A stretch of DNA of 64,000 nt, from assembly GCF_006345805.1 (NCBI RefSeq), contig NC_043012.1, forward strand, positions 9,052,001 through 9,116,000, written 5' to 3'. Below are positions 63,340 to 64,000 of this stretch, piece after piece. Below the pieces are notes generated by a model that worked only from the letters and a program-made list of their open reading frames with translations, was not told where the DNA came from and did no database searches. The stretch's first letter is position 1, and every line of letters starts with the position of its first letter. Source of the DNA: Octopus sinensis. Lineage: Eukaryota. The position numbers and the translations under genes are program-made.

Positions 63340-63550
63340 CGCGCGATGGCGATAGATGTGTTGATGATAAGGATGATGATGCTGATCAGGATGACGAAGA
63401 TAGTGCCTATGATGATGATGATGATGAAGGTCGTGATGAGGAAAAGGATGTTGGTGGTGATAGAAGTAGTGGTGAAATTAAAGATAAATGCTGCTGCTGA
63501 TTGTGGTGGTGGTGGTGGTGGTGATGATAATGATGATGGTGATAGACAAA
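63340..63550. repeat. (GAT)n/(GGT)n low-complexity tract
   Basis: Seen directly. Confidence 0.85.
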
Positions 63551-64000
63551 ATGATATCGGTGGAGAAATTTTAAAGGCGACGAGTTACTCTCTATGTATT
63601 CGAATAAAATATTTGTATTGAACCATTTGTTATTACATAACCCTCCTTTTTGAGAGACACAATGAATTTAAAGAATTATTTAGGATAAACTTATGAAAAA
63701 TTTTCTTCTTCAAAATCGTTTTTATTTTTAGTTAGTCGTCCTTCTTGGTATTTTTCTTGAAATTCATAATGATTATCATTAATCAGCATCGAATTAAACC
63801 AAATCCTTCTAGCTACTTTGTTTTACGTGAATCATATGCATTAGTTATTTTGAAAATCTTAAATATTTTATTTGTTTGGCAGTTATTGTAACCATCGTAA
63901 TGAATGATTTACCAGTTTTTATTTCAGTGGCTGATTAGTTATTCCAATTTCATTTTATATCTGTAGGAGTTATGGTAAACTTAAAGGATTCACAGATTGT

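Overview
Eukaryotic, AT-rich, repeat-saturated non-genic DNA with no recognisable host protein-coding exon. The tRNA-derived SINE families match what I recall from octopod cephalopods (Octopus); this assignment is inference from memory, not a database result. The window holds about 30 SINE copies in five families and many decayed LINE fragments (R4/Dong-type with restriction-like endonuclease, Tx1/L1, RTE, CR1-group). It also holds three Penelope-like elements (PLEs), one DD36E Tc1 element, two full-length mariners plus a third fragment, a piggyBac remnant, a Helitron-like element, a Tigger-type MITE pair and dense microsatellites. Nearly all ORF-track entries are microsatellite artefacts. The most interesting signals are: (1) a PLE 3' region that carries a tRNA-like Pol III head, a trinucleotide spacer and a minimal hammerhead-ribozyme motif, and that also occurs as solo SINE-like copies; (2) further minimal hammerhead motifs; (3) two abutting inverted duplications sharing a 4-nt microhomology junction; (4) a Tx1 LINE flanked by a duplicated, identically interrupted (TATC)n array; (5) several 5'-inversion and templated-insertion structures. 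Boundaries of degenerate elements are approximate (about +/-20 bp).
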